Shown one piece after another: positions 1 through 11,998 of a stretch of 64,000 nt of DNA. Source of the stretch: Octopus sinensis. Its lineage: Eukaryota. The stretch covers positions 9,858,001 to 9,922,000 of the forward strand of contig NC_043023.1 in assembly GCF_006345805.1 (NCBI RefSeq), in the 5' to 3' direction. The position numbers and the translations under genes are program-made. Each line of letters opens with the position of its first letter. Position 1 is the first letter of the stretch. The notes below the pieces were generated by a model, which did no database searches, was not told the DNA's origin, and saw only the letters and a program-made list of their open reading frames with translations.

Positions 1-207
1 AACTCAGGGATATATTACAGCTGTATCGATCAGAAGACACAGTATTAACTCAGGGATATATTACAGCTGTTTCGATCAGAAGACACAGTATTAACTCAGG
101 GATATATTACAGCTGTATCGATCAGAAGACACAGTATTAACTCAGGGATATATTACAGCTGTATCGATCAGAAGACACAGTATTAACTCAGGGATATATT
201 ACAGCTG
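1..207. repeat. 46-bp tandem repeat, ~4.5 copies, cut by the window start
   Basis: Unit AACTCAGGGATATATTACAGCTGTATCGATCAGAAGACACAGTATT starts at 1, 47, 93, 139, 185. Confidence 0.95.
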
Positions 208-424
208 CATGTATCCAAAGACACAGTATTAAGCAACACAACACAGTTCTCATTTCGAATGATTTATTTAATTTTAATATTTTAATTTTTCCAGGATTTT
301 TGTTTTATATTTTTAATTAAAAATTGCTTACTTGTTAATTGATGATTTACGTGTCAATTAGTTGATGAACTTATAATCAATAATTCATTAATTCATTTAC
401 TTAATTAATATTTTGTTAATTAGT

Positions 425-602
425 AGGTGATGGGCTGGCAGAATCGTTAGCACGCCAGGCAAAATACTGACATTTTGCCCATCTCTATGATCTGAGTTAA
501 AATTCAATTTTGCTCTTCATCTTTCCATGGTCGATAAAATAAGTACCAGTTGATTTACCCCTTCTCCTGAAAATGCTGGCCTTGTGCCAAAATTTGAAAC
601 CA
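425..602 (+). mobile_element. Diverged tRNA-derived SINE (GGCGGCGAGCTGGCAG family)
   Basis: GGGCTGGCAGAATCGTTAGCACGCC head and GGTCGATAAAATAAGTACCAGTT body match the full copy at 53088. Confidence 0.7.
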
Positions 603-1175
603 ATATTTTGTTAATCATTAATAATTATATTAATTAATTTCTTTCTCTTTCTCATTTTATTTCTTTTTTCTTTTTCAATTTTTTTCCACCATTTTTTCTA
701 CCCAAAAAAACCCCAAAATTTCCACAAATTGAATCACCAACAACAACAACAACAAATTTTAAAACATTTCTCCAAACTTCGAAACAAAAAAATATCTTGG
801 TGTTTGAACTTATTAACTGATGCCCAATATCTCAACAAACCACTGAATCGATACAGGAACCATTATCAGCAGTGTCAAGCACACGGCACAACAACAATAA
901 CACCATTACCTCCTGCAGATGCTGTCGAAATATCTGCTGCACTTTCAGCTAACAGTCAAACTAGTGATTACATTGGCGTAAAAAACGATGACTTCAGCAA
1001 CAGTGTCGGATACATCACCCCCGCCAACACCAATCTCAATAGTAACTATTATCTTAACTATTCTTACATTGGCAGCATAGAGAAGAGAAAAGCCAGCGAT
1101 TTCTTCTGTGATAACAAATCAAAATTTACGAATGTCCGTGCATCGCCAACAAATAAGAAAATCATAAACAAGAAA

Positions 1176-1325
1176 ATGAGGAGAAGAGAAAAATTAATTA
1201 CTGATGTTTTAGTTTTCGTTATCAGTATATTTGCTGGAATTCAAATAACAACGTCGATATGCTATACATTTTTCCATCAACATTTTATGAAATGTCCAAA
1301 CGTAACTTCCAACACACAAAATCAA
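1176..1325 (+). CDS. CHSY1: Chondroitin sulfate synthase, exon 1 (type II membrane anchor)
   Basis: MRRREK basic tail, then hydrophobic LITDVLVFVISIFAGIQITTSICYTFF; donor CAA|GTAAGT at 1326, phase 0, in frame with exon 2. Confidence 0.8.
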
Positions 1326-1399
1326 GTAAGTATTTCATTTTTTTATAGTTACTTCCCCATTTTTTTTCTCTTTCATTTCATGTGTTTACCTGAAGAGAA

Positions 1400-2012
1400 T
1401 GATAGTGATGACGGTGGTGGTGATGACGATGACGATATGATGATGGTGGTGGTGGTGGTGATGATGATGATGATGATGACAATGATGATGGTGATGTTGA
1501 TGATGATGGTGAGGGTGGTGGTGGTGATGATAATGATGGTGATGACGGTGGTGGTGATGACGATGACAACAACGACAACGGCAATGACAGCAGTGATGAT
1601 GACGATGACGATATGATGATGGTGGTGGTGGTGGTGGTGGTGGTGATGATGATGATGATGACAATGATGATGGTGATGTTGATGATGATGGTGAGGGTGG
1701 TGGTGATGATAATGATGGTGATGACGGTGGTGGTGATGACGATGACAACAACGACAACGGCAATGACAGCAGTGATGATGACGATATGATGATGATGGTG
1801 GTGGTGGTGGTGGTGGTGATGATGATGATGATGATGATGACAATGATGATGATGACGATGATGATGGTGATGTTGATGATGATGGTGAGGGTGGTGGTGA
1901 TGGTGGTAATGATGATGATGCTGAAGACGATGACAACGGCAATGATAACAATGATGATGACGAAGGTGATGATGATAATGATGATGACAATAATGATGAT
2001 GATGATAATGTT
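1400..2012. repeat. (GAT/GGT)n compound microsatellite in CHSY intron 1, with ~177-bp higher-order duplication
   Basis: GACGATATGATGATGGTGGTGG block recurs near 1430, 1607 and 1780. Confidence 0.9.
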
Positions 2013-2054
2013 GACTACGATTAAAGGTATTTATATTTTCTTGTACTCTTTCAG

Positions 2055-2544
2055 AATATCGCAAAGGTCCCGATTGAGCCTTTCATCGAGGAACTCGGAG
2101 ATTTCCAATTCAACCCGGGTCCCAAGAAAAAACTCGTTCTGGTCGGCGTGATGACGAGTTCGCAGTATTTCGATACCCGAGACTGGGCCATTCGAATGAC
2201 GTGGCTGAAATCGATCCCTGGCGACGTGGTCTTCTTCGTCGGCAACAGCACAGATCCAGCCCCTCCCGGGATGCCCTTAATAAGGCTGAATCGCGTACCA
2301 GACAACGTGTACCCACCACAGGGCAAAGTATTCGAGATGCTGAAGTACCTACACGAGAATCATGCGGATAAATACGAATACTTCATCCGTGCTGACGACG
2401 ACGCGTTTATAAAGGGCCAAGAACTGGGAAGTTTGCTCAAGTCCTTAAACAGTGAGGAGAAGATCTACATGGGCCATTACGGTCAAGGGGTTCCTGGAGA
2501 AATCGGAAAATTGGGAATGGGAAAAGATTACTGGTTTTGTATAG
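2055..2544 (+). CDS. CHSY1: Chondroitin sulfate synthase, exon 2 (Fringe-like/GT31 domain)
   Basis: Acceptor TTTCAG|2055; LVLVGVMTS...TWLKSIPGDVVFF and FIRADDDAFIKG (DXD motif) match CHSY1 VGVMT/FMRADDD; donor ATAG|GTAAGT, phase 1. Confidence 0.95.
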
Positions 2545-2654
2545 GTAAGTGATTGAACGCCACGCATCCATTTCCAAGTTTATATATATACATACACACA
2601 TACACACACACACACATAAAAACACACACACACATATGTACTCTCTACTCTACT

Positions 2655-2990
2655 CTTTTACTCTTTTACTTGTTTCAGTCATTTGACTGCGGCCATGCTG
2701 GAGCACCGCCTTTAATCGAGCAACTCGACCCCGGGACTTATTCTTTTGTAAACCCAGTACTTATTCTATCGGTCTCTTTTGCCGAACCGCTAAGTAACGG
2801 GGACATAAACAGACCAGCATCGGTTGTCAAGCAATGCTAGGGGGACAAACACACTCACACAAACACACACACGTATATATATATATACATATATACGACG
2901 GGCTTCTTTCAGTTTCCGTCTACCAAATCCATTCACAAGGCTTTGGTCGGCCCGAGGCTATAGTAGAAGACACTTGCCCAAAAAAACACC
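2655..2990 (-). mobile_element. tRNA-SINE family A, 5'-truncated
   Basis: Reverse complement of the body and GAGTAAAAGAGT tail of family A. Confidence 0.85.
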
Positions 2991-3128
2991 AAGGCTGTAT
3001 AGATATTAGAGCATTTATAGATAGATGGCCTTACAGCTGTTTCTAGGATGTTAATAATATCCCTTCATCGAGCACTTATTCGGCATTACCTGACGCCTTT
3101 GGGTCTCAATGACACCATTATCTCTCTC

Positions 3129-3166
<38 letters not shown>

Positions 3167-3167
3167 G

Positions 3168-3216
<49 letters not shown>

Positions 3217-3292
3217 TAATACAATTGTTTGTTTGTACTCCACCTGCCTTCGTCTTTTGTTTATTTTCGTAAACCTTCCCGTTGTATATATA

Positions 3293-3354
<62 letters not shown>

Positions 3355-3854
3355 GCATTTGCAACAGGCTTGCTTCAGTTTCCCTCTATGAAATTCCCTT
3401 CACATAGCTTTGGTCATTCTGCGGTTATAGCACCAGACACCTACCTGTCTAAGGGGGTTCCGCGCAGTGGCACTGAATTCAATGTGAAGCAATGCGGTTT
3501 TGGGAAGGAAGCGAGCTTCTCTCCACCTGCCTACGCATGCACCTTCGTGTGCATAACAACGGCAGCACTGTCCCACGCTTGTGGGGCAGCAATTAGTAAT
3601 AGGGTCCACAACGCGCACGTGTGTGTGTATGTGTGTGAATAACAATAAGTGTCCTCTGTATGGCAACTGTAGTGTAGAATGCCTGTGTCCCAGATGTGTG
3701 AACAATACGGTAAGGTAGTAAGGAATGTTTGAAGGTAACATTAGAACTGTGACAAAAGGGGTCAGGGGTTAGTGGGAAGGGGAGAGGGTAAGGCAAGGCA
3801 GCGAGTCGTTTCGCTTCGTTTATTTTTTGCATACCTTTTAACTACCGTGAACAC

Positions 3855-4563
3855 GTGTTTGTGTGTGTGTGTGTGTGTGTGTATACAGTCTTGTATGTGT
3901 GTGTGTGTGTATGAACTTGTTTGTGCATGCGTGTGTGTGTGTGTATGTGTGTGTGTGTGTACGAATTTGTCTGTGCATGTGTGTGTTTGTACGAACGTGT
4001 ATGTGTGTGTGTGTGTGTGTGCAAATTTTGTGTGTATGTGCGTGTGTGCAAACTTTGTGTGTGTGCGTGTGTGCAAACTTTGTGTGTGTGTGTGTGTGAA
4101 AACTTTGTGTGTGTGTGTGTGCGTGTGTGCAAACTTTGTGTGTGTGTGTGTGCAAACTTTGTGCGTGTGTGTGCAAACTTTGTGTGTGTGTGTGTGTGTG
4201 TGTGCAAACTTTGTGTGTGTGTGGTGTGTGTGTGTGTGTGTGCGTGTGTGCAAACTTTGTGTGTGTGTGTGCAAACTTTGTGTGTGTGTGTGTGTATGTG
4301 CAAACTTTGTGCGTGTGTGTGTGTGTGTAAACTTGTGTGTGTGTGTGTGTGTGTGTGCGTGTGTGCAAACTTTGTGTGTGTGCGTGTGTGTAAACTTTGT
4401 GTGTGTGTGTGTGTATGTGCAAACTTTGTGCGTGTGTGTGTGTGTGTAAACTTTGTGTGTGTGTGTGCAAACTTTGTGTGTGTGTGTGTGTGTGTGTAAA
4501 CTTTGTGTGTGTGCGTGTGTGTAAACTTTGTTTGTGTGTGTGCGTGTGTGCAAACTTTGTGTG

Positions 4564-4597
<34 letters not shown>

Positions 4598-4745
4598 CAA
4601 ACTTTGTGTGTGTGCGTGTGTGTAAACTTTGTGTGTGTGTGTGTGTGTGTGTTGTGTGTGTGTGTGCGTGTGTGTAAACTTTGTGTCTGTGAAGAGGTGC
4701 AGACTTTATTTGTGTGTGTATGTGTGTATGTGTAAACTTTGTGTG
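3855..4745. repeat. (TG)n minisatellite punctuated by CAAACTTT
   Basis: Dozens of GTGTGTGCAAACTTT units; source of the spurious HT/CV-rich ORFs. Confidence 0.95.
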
Positions 4746-4762
4746 GGGGGAGGTGCATATTA

Positions 4763-5137
4763 GGCGCAGGAGTGGCTGTGTGGTAAGTAGCTTGCTAACC
4801 AACCACACGGTTGCGGGTTCAGTCCCACTGCGTGGCACCTTGGGCAAGTGTCTTCTGCTATAGCCCCGGGCCGACCAATGCCTTGTGAGTGGATTTGGTA
4901 GACGGAAGCTGAAAGAAGCCTGTCGTATATATGTATATATATATATATGTGTATGCGTGTGTTTGTGTGTCTGTGTTTGTCCCCCTAGCATTGCTTGACA
5001 ACCGATGCTGGTGTATTTAGGTCCCCGTCACTTAGCGGTTCGGCAAAAAGAGACCGATAGAATAAGTACTAAAAGGTGGTGCTCCAGCATGGCCGCAGTC
5101 AAATGACTGAAACAAGTAAAAGAGTAAAAGAGAGAGT
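4763..5137 (+). mobile_element. tRNA-SINE family A, near full length
   Basis: GGCGCAGGAGTGGCTGTGTGG (A box), GGTTCAGTCCC (B-box-like), CCTTGGGCAAGTGTC core, (AAGAGTA)n tail; about 18 copies in the window; probably one of the described octopus tRNA-SINE families (OK/OR1/OR2), not assigned. Confidence 0.9.
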
Positions 5138-5212
5138 ATTAATATTATTATTATTATTATTATTATTATTATCATTATCATCATTATTATTATTATTATT
5201 ATTATTCAACAG

Positions 5213-5367
5213 GTGGCCCAGGAGTGATATTCAGTCACAGGGCACTGACGGCATTGGCCCCAAATCTGGATACATGTAAAGATAACACTTTCACAAGCCA
5301 CGAGGACACTGAATTAGGAAGATGTGTGGAAAAGTACCTGAAAATAAAATGCAAATCAAACAGAAAG
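5213..5367 (+). CDS. CHSY1: Chondroitin sulfate synthase, exon 3
   Basis: Acceptor CAACAG|GT completes CI-G-GPGVIFS; HEDTELGRCV matches CHSY1 HEDVEVGRCV; donor AAG|GTAAAA, phase 0. Confidence 0.95.
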
Positions 5368-5396
5368 GTAAAACTTAATCTATCTACATATACAGC

Positions 5397-5451
<55 letters not shown>

Positions 5452-5489
5452 TTCTGCATATATATACATTTATATATATAATATATATA

Positions 5490-5873
5490 CTAGCAGTAAA
5501 TTCCGGCGTTGCTCGGGTTTGTAAGGGAAATAACTATATAAGCATTTTTAGAGAGTTATAGCCAAAAAATGCATTGAAAATGGAAAAAAAGTTATGGTAA
5601 ATTTTTTTTTAAATCGTTGACTCATCGTAGACATTTTTAGAGAGTTACTTCCCTTAAATAATAATGAAAAAAATGCATTAAAATGGAAAAATAGTAGGTA
5701 AGTTATTTTTAAAATCGTAGACTCATCGTAGACGCGCACTAATACCCAGAAGGGCTCGATATGAATCACGACTATAAGATACCCGGTTTTGGTTAAACTG
5801 CACCGCAAAATGTGGGAGTAGTTAGGAATCTAAATCATAGGAGACAGACACACAACTTCTCTTTTATATATAA

Positions 5874-5876
<3 letters not shown>
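5490..5876 (-). mobile_element. Non-autonomous Helitron family H1
   Basis: On -: A|TCTTTATATATAAA 5' end, 3' hairpin CCCGAGCAACGCCGG, then CTAG|T; no TSD. Confidence 0.8.
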
Positions 5877-5949
<73 letters not shown>

Positions 5950-5957
<8 letters not shown>

Positions 5958-6672
5958 GTGTGTGTGGTGTGTGTGTTTGGCAGGTTTGGTAGCCTTCAAC
6001 TAACACTCTCTCCTCCGAGACCCTGCGGCGCAAGTTGACCAAAATTGAGAGTATGATAGAAAAAGGGTTGCTCTTCATTCCATAGAACAAATCGGTCCAT
6101 GTTAACACCAAAAATGATTTACATCAAAAAGGTGCTCTTTTTCTATGAAAATCCCTATTTTTTATGATTTTTTGACTGCTGTGTCACCATTTTTCGGTGC
6201 ATTTCAACCAGAAAAATGTTCACTTAAAGAGAATAACAAGCTACATAATGCAAAATTTTTACTTTTCAAAAATTCCAATTCTAAAGGGTCGAAACAAACC
6301 TGAGCAACTCCGGGAGATACTGCTAGTATATATATAAAGCTGAAGTTGTCTGTCTGTGGCAGGTTTGGTAGCCTTCAACTAACACTATCTCCTCCGAGAC
6401 CCTGCGGCGCAAGTTGACCAAAATTGAGAGTATGATAGAAGGCTTTTCTCTTCCTTCCGTAGAAGAAAAAATTCAAATCGGTCCATGTTAACACCAAAAA
6501 TGATTTACATCAAAAAGGCGCTTTTTTCTATGAAAATCTCTTTTTTGACTGCTGTGTCGTCATTTTTCGGTGCATTTCAACCAGAAAAATGTTCACTTAA
6601 AGAGAATAACAAGTTGCATAATGCAAAATCTTTACTTTTCAAAAATTGCAATTCTAATGGGTTGAAAAGAAT
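5950..6672 (+). mobile_element. Non-autonomous Helitron family H2, head-to-tail dimer (second copy 3'-truncated)
   Basis: First copy ends TACTGCTAG at 6326 and is followed directly by TATATATAAAGCTGAAGTTG. Confidence 0.8.
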
Positions 6673-6975
6673 ATTTTTGCGATGTCATTGGTTTTGAGCG
6701 AACAATGGATCCGCTGCTCCAATGCAGAGGAATAATGTTCTCCGCATGAATGCACTACTTTTCAAAGTCGTCAACTGCCACAGCTTTGAGTACAATTCAG
6801 CAATTTCAATTATTTTTTGTGAGAAAAACATTGCATTAGCGTAAGACAGACCATTTTGCTTAGTCATTTGGACTGACCTGCCTTAGTATGCTGCAACAAA
6901 TTATAATTGGTGTGACCGTTATACTTTGTAAGATTTTTCCTAATTTTTTTTTTTAAATACCAACTTAACTACGGC

Positions 6976-7515
6976 TCTTTACTTTTTCACTTATTTCAGT
7001 CATTTGACTGTGGCCATGCTGGAGCACCGCCTTTAGTCGAGCAAATCGACCCCGGGACTTATTCTTTGTAAGCCCAGTACTTATTCTATCGGTCGCTTTT
7101 GCCGAACCGCTAAGTTTACTCTTTTACTTGTTTCAGTCATTTGACTGCGGCCATGCTGGAGCACCGCCTTTAGTCGAGCAAATCGACCCTGGGACTTATT
7201 CTCTGTAAGCCCAGTACTTATTCCATCGGTCTCTTTTGCCGAACCGCTAAGTGACGGGGACGTAAACACACCAGCATCGGTTGTCAAGCAATGCTAGGGG
7301 GGCAAACACAGACATACACACACACACACATATATATATATATACATATATACGACAGGCTTCTTTCAGTTTCCGTCTACCAAATCCACTCACAAGGCAT
7401 TGGTCGGCCCGGGGCTATAGCAGAATACACTTGCCCAAGGTACCACGCAGTGGGACTGAACCCGGAACCATGTGGTTGGTAAGCAAGCTACTTACCACAC
7501 AGCCACTCCTGCGCC
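6976..7515 (-). mobile_element. tRNA-SINE family A with duplicated 3' part
   Basis: Internal junction GAGTAAA|CTTAGC (on -) near 7114. Confidence 0.85.
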
Positions 7516-7577
7516 TATCTAAAAAATTTATCTTTTGTTACGTTCTTTCTTAATTGTTCGATAACAATTAAATGAAT

Positions 7578-7862
7578 GTGACGTACATTTGCCATTTAAA
7601 TATGGCTAACCCCTAAGGGTGGATGCTACTGTAGTTTGTAGCCCCAGGAAGATATCTCCTCCAGCTGGCTATAGACACACTTTCTGTGCCCTATCAGTAT
7701 TTGCAAAGGGAAGCCATCCTTCTCGTCTGGCTTCCCTTTGCAAATACTGATAAGGCACAGAAAGTGTGTCTATAGCCAGCTGGAGGAGGTGTCCTCCTGG
7801 GGCTACAAACTACAGTAGCATTCATCCTTAGGGGTTAGCCATATTTAAATGGCAAATATACG

Positions 7863-7909
<47 letters not shown>

Positions 7910-8041
7910 CCTTCACAAATACTGATAGGGCACAGAAAGTGTGTCTATAGCCAGCTGGAGGAGGTGTCCTCCTGGGGCTACAAACTACAGTAGCATTCGC
8001 CCTTAGGGGTTAGCCATATTTAAATGGCAAATATACGTCAC
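7578..8041. repeat. Foldback element: ~140-bp arms with 11-nt loop, plus a second right arm after a (TA)n tract
   Basis: GTGACGTACATTTGCC...GAAGCCA loop TGGCTTC...GGCAAATATACGT; right arm repeated at 7908-8041. Confidence 0.9.
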
Positions 8042-8319
8042 GATGTGTTGTAGCTACTGTTTATAACTCGCTCTGAGATTTATTATTAATTAAATGAATT
8101 TTTTGGCGCTAACTAACGGAAACATGTAAAATTTTTTAATTGTGGTGCATGCTGACATCATCATCATCGTTTAACATCCGTTCTCCATGCTAGCATGGGT
8201 TGGACGGTTTGACCAGGGTCTGGGAAGCCAGAAGGCTGTACCAGGCTCCAGTCTGATCGGGCAGTGTTTCTACAGCTTGATGCCCTTCCTAATGCCAACC
8301 ACTCCGTGTGTGTAGTGGG

Positions 8320-9425
8320 TGCTTTTTACGTGCCACCTGCACAGGTGCCAGGCGTGGCTGGCAACGTCCACAATCGGTTGCTGCTTTTTACGTGTCACCA
8401 GCACGGAAGCCAGTCAAGGCGGCGCTGGCATCGTCCATGTTCGGATGGTGCTTTTTACGTGCCACCGGCACGGAGGCCAGACGAGGCTGGCAACAGCCAC
8501 GATCGGTTGGTGCTTTTTACATGCCACCGGCACAGGTGCCAGGCATGGATGGCAACGTCCACAATCGGTTGGTGCTTCTTACGTGCCACTGGCAGGGAAG
8601 CCAGTCAAGGCGGCGCTGGCATCGTCCATGTTCGGATGGTGCTTTTTACGTGCCACCGGCACGGAGGCCAGACGAGGCTGGCAACAGTCACGATCGGTTG
8701 GTGCTTTTTACATGCCACCGGCACAGGTGCCAGGCATGGATGGCAACGTCCACAATCGGTTGGTGCTTTTTACGTGCCACCGGCAGGGAAGCCAGTCAAG
8801 GCGGCGCTGGCATCGTCCATGTTCGGATGGTGCTTTTTACGTGCCACCGGCACGGAGGCCAGACGAGGCTGGCAACAGCCACGATCGGTTGGTGCTTTTT
8901 ACATGCCACCGGCACAGGTGCCAGGCGTGGATGGCAACGTCCACAATCGGTTGGTGCTTTTTACGTGCCACCGGCAGGGAAGCCAGTCAAGGCGGCGCTG
9001 GCATCGTCCATGTTCGGATGGTGCTTTTTACGTGCCACCGGCACGGAGGCCAGACGAGGCTGGCAACAGCCACGATCGGTTGGTGCTTTTTACATGCCAC
9101 CGGCACAGGTGCCAGGCGTGGATGGCAACGTCCACAATCGGTTGGTGCTTTTTACGTGCCACCGGCAGGGAAGCCAGTCAAGGCGGCGCTGGCATCGTCC
9201 ATGTTCGGATGGTGCTTTTTACATGCCACCGGCACGGAGGCCAGACGAGGCTGGCAACAGCCACGATCGGTTGGTGCTTTTTACATGCCACCGGCACAGG
9301 TGCCAGGCGTGGATGGCAACGTCCACAATCGGTTGCTGCTTTTTACGTGCCACCGGCAGGGAAGCCAGTCAAGGCGGCGCTGGCATCGTCCATGTCTGGA
9401 TGATGCTTTTTACGTGCCACCGGCA
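8320..9425. repeat. Higher-order repeat: 62+67+62 bp monomers (A-B-C) x ~5.7
   Basis: Core GCTTTTTACGTGCCACC occurs 18 times; the B monomer recurs every 191 bp (near 8401, 8592, 8783, 8974, 9165, 9356). Confidence 0.95.
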
Positions 9426-9589
9426 CAGGGATCACAACTACAATTTCCATTGATTTTTTATGTTGATGTACTTGACTAAATAGGTATCATCAAGCACAGG
9501 GTTGAAACAGTGTTTCTTTACTTGCCACCTGCACAGGGGTCAGTCCAGCGGCACTGACATCGCCAGGTGACAGTCATAGGATTTGGTTC

Positions 9590-9850
9590 AATTTCGATAT
9601 CGATTTCACTTGCCCCAACAGGTCTTCGCAAGCAGAGTTTTGTGTCCAATGAAGGGAGGTTGGCATGGGTGTCAGACATCAGATGAGGTTCGATTTCGAA
9701 TTCAATTTCGATTTCACTTGCCCCAACAGGTCTTCACAAGCAGAGTTTAGTGTCCAATGAAGGGAGGTTGGCATGGGTGTCAGACATCAGATGAGGTTCG
9801 ATTTCGAATTCAATTTCGATTTCACTTGCCACAATAGTCCTTCGCAAGCA
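9590..9850. repeat. ~110-bp tandem duplication (x2.5) inside family D
   Basis: GATTTCACTTGCCCCAACAGGTCTTC...GGTTCGATTTCGAATTCAATTTC repeated. Confidence 0.85.
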
Positions 9851-10106
9851 GAGTTTTTTTGTCCAAAGAAGGAAAGGTATGCATAACGTAGTAGGAATTA
9901 AAACCACCTCTTTTTACGTTTTACCTTTTAAAATTTCTTCGCATTTAAGATACACTTTTTACCACATCACTTTGCCTAAACGGGCTTCACACGACAATGC
10001 CCAATAACAAAAGAGGGCTACGATACAATCAACCTAAAAACAGATGATGAAAAGACGGTTACTTCATTCACCATCGTTAAGTAGTAGAGAGTTACAGTTT
10101 CTGTTG

Positions 10107-10748
10107 GGTTAAAATCATCTTTGGGTGTGTGGGATCGAGTGGGGGTGAGGATTAGGTTTTGATGGACTATTGTTATGGAAAAGTGTTTTGGAAAATTTTT
10201 TATTGGTTAAAATTGAGTTGAAATCATCAGTGGGTGTGTGGGATTGAGCGGGGGTGAGGATTAGGTTTTGATGGACTATTGTAATGGAAAATTTTTTATT
10301 GGTTAAAATTGAGTTAAAATCATCTTTGGGTGTGTGGGATTGAGTGCGGTGAGGATTAGGTTTTGATCAACTATTGTTATGGAAATGTGTTTTGGAAAAT
10401 TTTTTATTGGTTAAAATTGAGTTAAAATCATCTTTGGGTCTGTGGGATTGAGTGGTGGTGAGGATTAGGTTTTGATCGACTATTGTTATGGAAAAGTGTC
10501 TTGGAAAATTTTTTATTGGTTAAAATTGAGTTAAAATCATCTTTGGGTGTGTGGGATTGAGTGGGGGTGAGGATTAGGTTTTGATCGACTATTGTTATGG
10601 AAAGGTGTTTTGGAAAATTTTTTATTGGTTAAAATTGAGTTAAAATCATCTTTGGGTGTGTGGGATTGAGTGCGGTGAGGATTAGGTTTTGATGGACTAT
10701 TGTTATGGAAAAGTGTTTTGGAAAATTTTTTATTGGTTAAAATTGAGC
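10107..10748. repeat. 109-bp minisatellite, ~6 copies
   Basis: TTGGTTAAAATTGAG at 10407, 10516, 10625, 10733. Confidence 0.95.
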
Positions 10749-11363
10749 CTACGTATCCGTTTAGAATTTATTCGTGCATGTAGAACTTTCTAAACAAGCC
10801 TGTAGGCGTTTCTCTTTTGTTAGGTAGTAACAAGGTGTGACAGTGTTTTGTGGCTTTTGGTATAATTGGATTTAATCCTTTTGCTTTGACCGATTTTCTG
10901 TGTCAACAAAGACATAACACTCTTCACTAATAACCGCGACATGACAAATAAAAACAGGAAATACCCAAAATAACAACAACAACAACAACAACGACAAGTA
11001 AAGACAGGACCAGACTAAACTTAGAACTTATCTACATTCTATTGTGAAAAACAAGTTGACACGTAGCTGTGTGGTAAGAAGCTTGTTTCCCAACAACATG
11101 GGTCTGGGATCAGTCCCACTGCATGGCACCTTGGACAAGTGTCTTCTATTAAAGTCTTGGACAATAGTGTATATATGTGTGTGTAAATATATATATATAT
11201 ATATATATATAAATGAAAAGAATGGTGTCGAACGAAGACTTTAACAAAATTCCTTTACTTTCAACATATGTTTCGAAGACCGCACACTCTTAATTCTGAA
11301 GTAATGAAGGTTGCATTATTAAGAAGCTTTTGTCCGTCTTGAGGCTGATAGAGGTTCCTTGTA

Positions 11364-11444
11364 TTTCCTGATGAGAAGACGGCATAATGCAATCTTCATT
11401 CCTTCAGAATTAAGAATGTGCAGTCTTCGAAACATATGTCGAAA
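11364..11444 (+). ncRNA. Type I hammerhead ribozyme (PLE type) in CHSY intron 3
   Basis: TTTC-CTGATGA-GAAGAC..42 nt..GTCTTC-GAAA-CATATG-TC|GAAA; core, G10.1-C11.1, stems I and II and GUC triplet all canonical; stem III ACATATGT is palindromic. Confidence 0.85.
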
Positions 11445-11666
11445 GTAAAGGAATTTTGTTAAAATCTTCGTTCGACTCCATTCTTTTCATTTATTCATAT
11501 AAAAAAATCACACAAATTCCCACACACAAACACGGGGTTCTGCCCTTGGCAGGTAGCTTCAAACGTGTTTTACTGACGTAAATTTGCTACTCAGGTATCG
11601 ATTAACCGAATTATCCATACTAGGATAATTCATTCACCTACTTAAATATGTATATATATATATATA

Positions 11667-11973
11667 TCTTTATATATAAAATTGAAGTTGTGTGTGTGAG
11701 ACTCTGTCTCCTCTGATTTAGATTCCTAACTACTCCCACATTTTGCGGTGCAGTTTAACCAAAAGCGGGTATCTTATAGTCGTCATTCATATCGAGCCCT
11801 TCTGGGTTTTAGCGCGAGTCTACGATGAGTCTACGATTTAAAAAAAAATTTACCATCATTTTTCCGCATTTTTAATGATTTTTGCTCGGGTTACATAAGG
11901 GAAGTAACTCTCTAAAAATGCTTATATAGTTATTTCCCTTACAAACCCGAGCAACGCCAGGCGATACTGCTAG
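11667..11973 (+). mobile_element. Non-autonomous Helitron family H1
   Basis: A|TCTTTATATATAAA...CCCGAGCAACGCCAGGCGATACTGCTAG|T. Confidence 0.85.
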
Positions 11974-11998
11974 TATATATATATATATATATATATAT

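Larger units (their letters stand above)
8156..9890 (-). mobile_element. (GAT)n-tailed retroposon family D carrying an internal 191-bp higher-order array
   Basis: 3' end GGAAGGGCATCCAGC...GGACGTTAAACGATGATG shared with copies at 49.4, 53.5 and 57.6 kb; the short-repeat tail suggests RTE-type mobilisation (inference). Confidence 0.7.

Noticed and set aside
1373-2151. Poly-His, poly-Ser and poly-Met ORFs
   Set aside because: Trinucleotide microsatellite inside CHSY intron 1
3762-4991. HT/CV-rich ORFs, and similar YI-rich ORFs at 15.2-16.4 and 35.2-35.8 kb
   Set aside because: Dinucleotide repeat translations
6672-6950. Unique-looking segment in CHSY intron 3 as a possible extra exon or transposase piece
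   Set aside because: Stops in the frames I read, no recognisable motif, and exons 3 and 4 already join in phase without a gap
7745-7790. Hammerhead in the 7.6-8.0 kb foldback (CTGATAA/CTGATAG)
   Set aside because: Core G8/A9 not matched and no GAAA after stem II
8320-9425. CRISPR-like array (constant ~17-23-bp core with variable spacers)
   Set aside because: The spacers are three related monomers recurring with a strict 191-bp period inside a eukaryotic retroposon; no cas genes
8264-9479. ~380-aa ORFs in three frames
   Set aside because: Product of a stop-poor 191-bp repeat; no domain similarity
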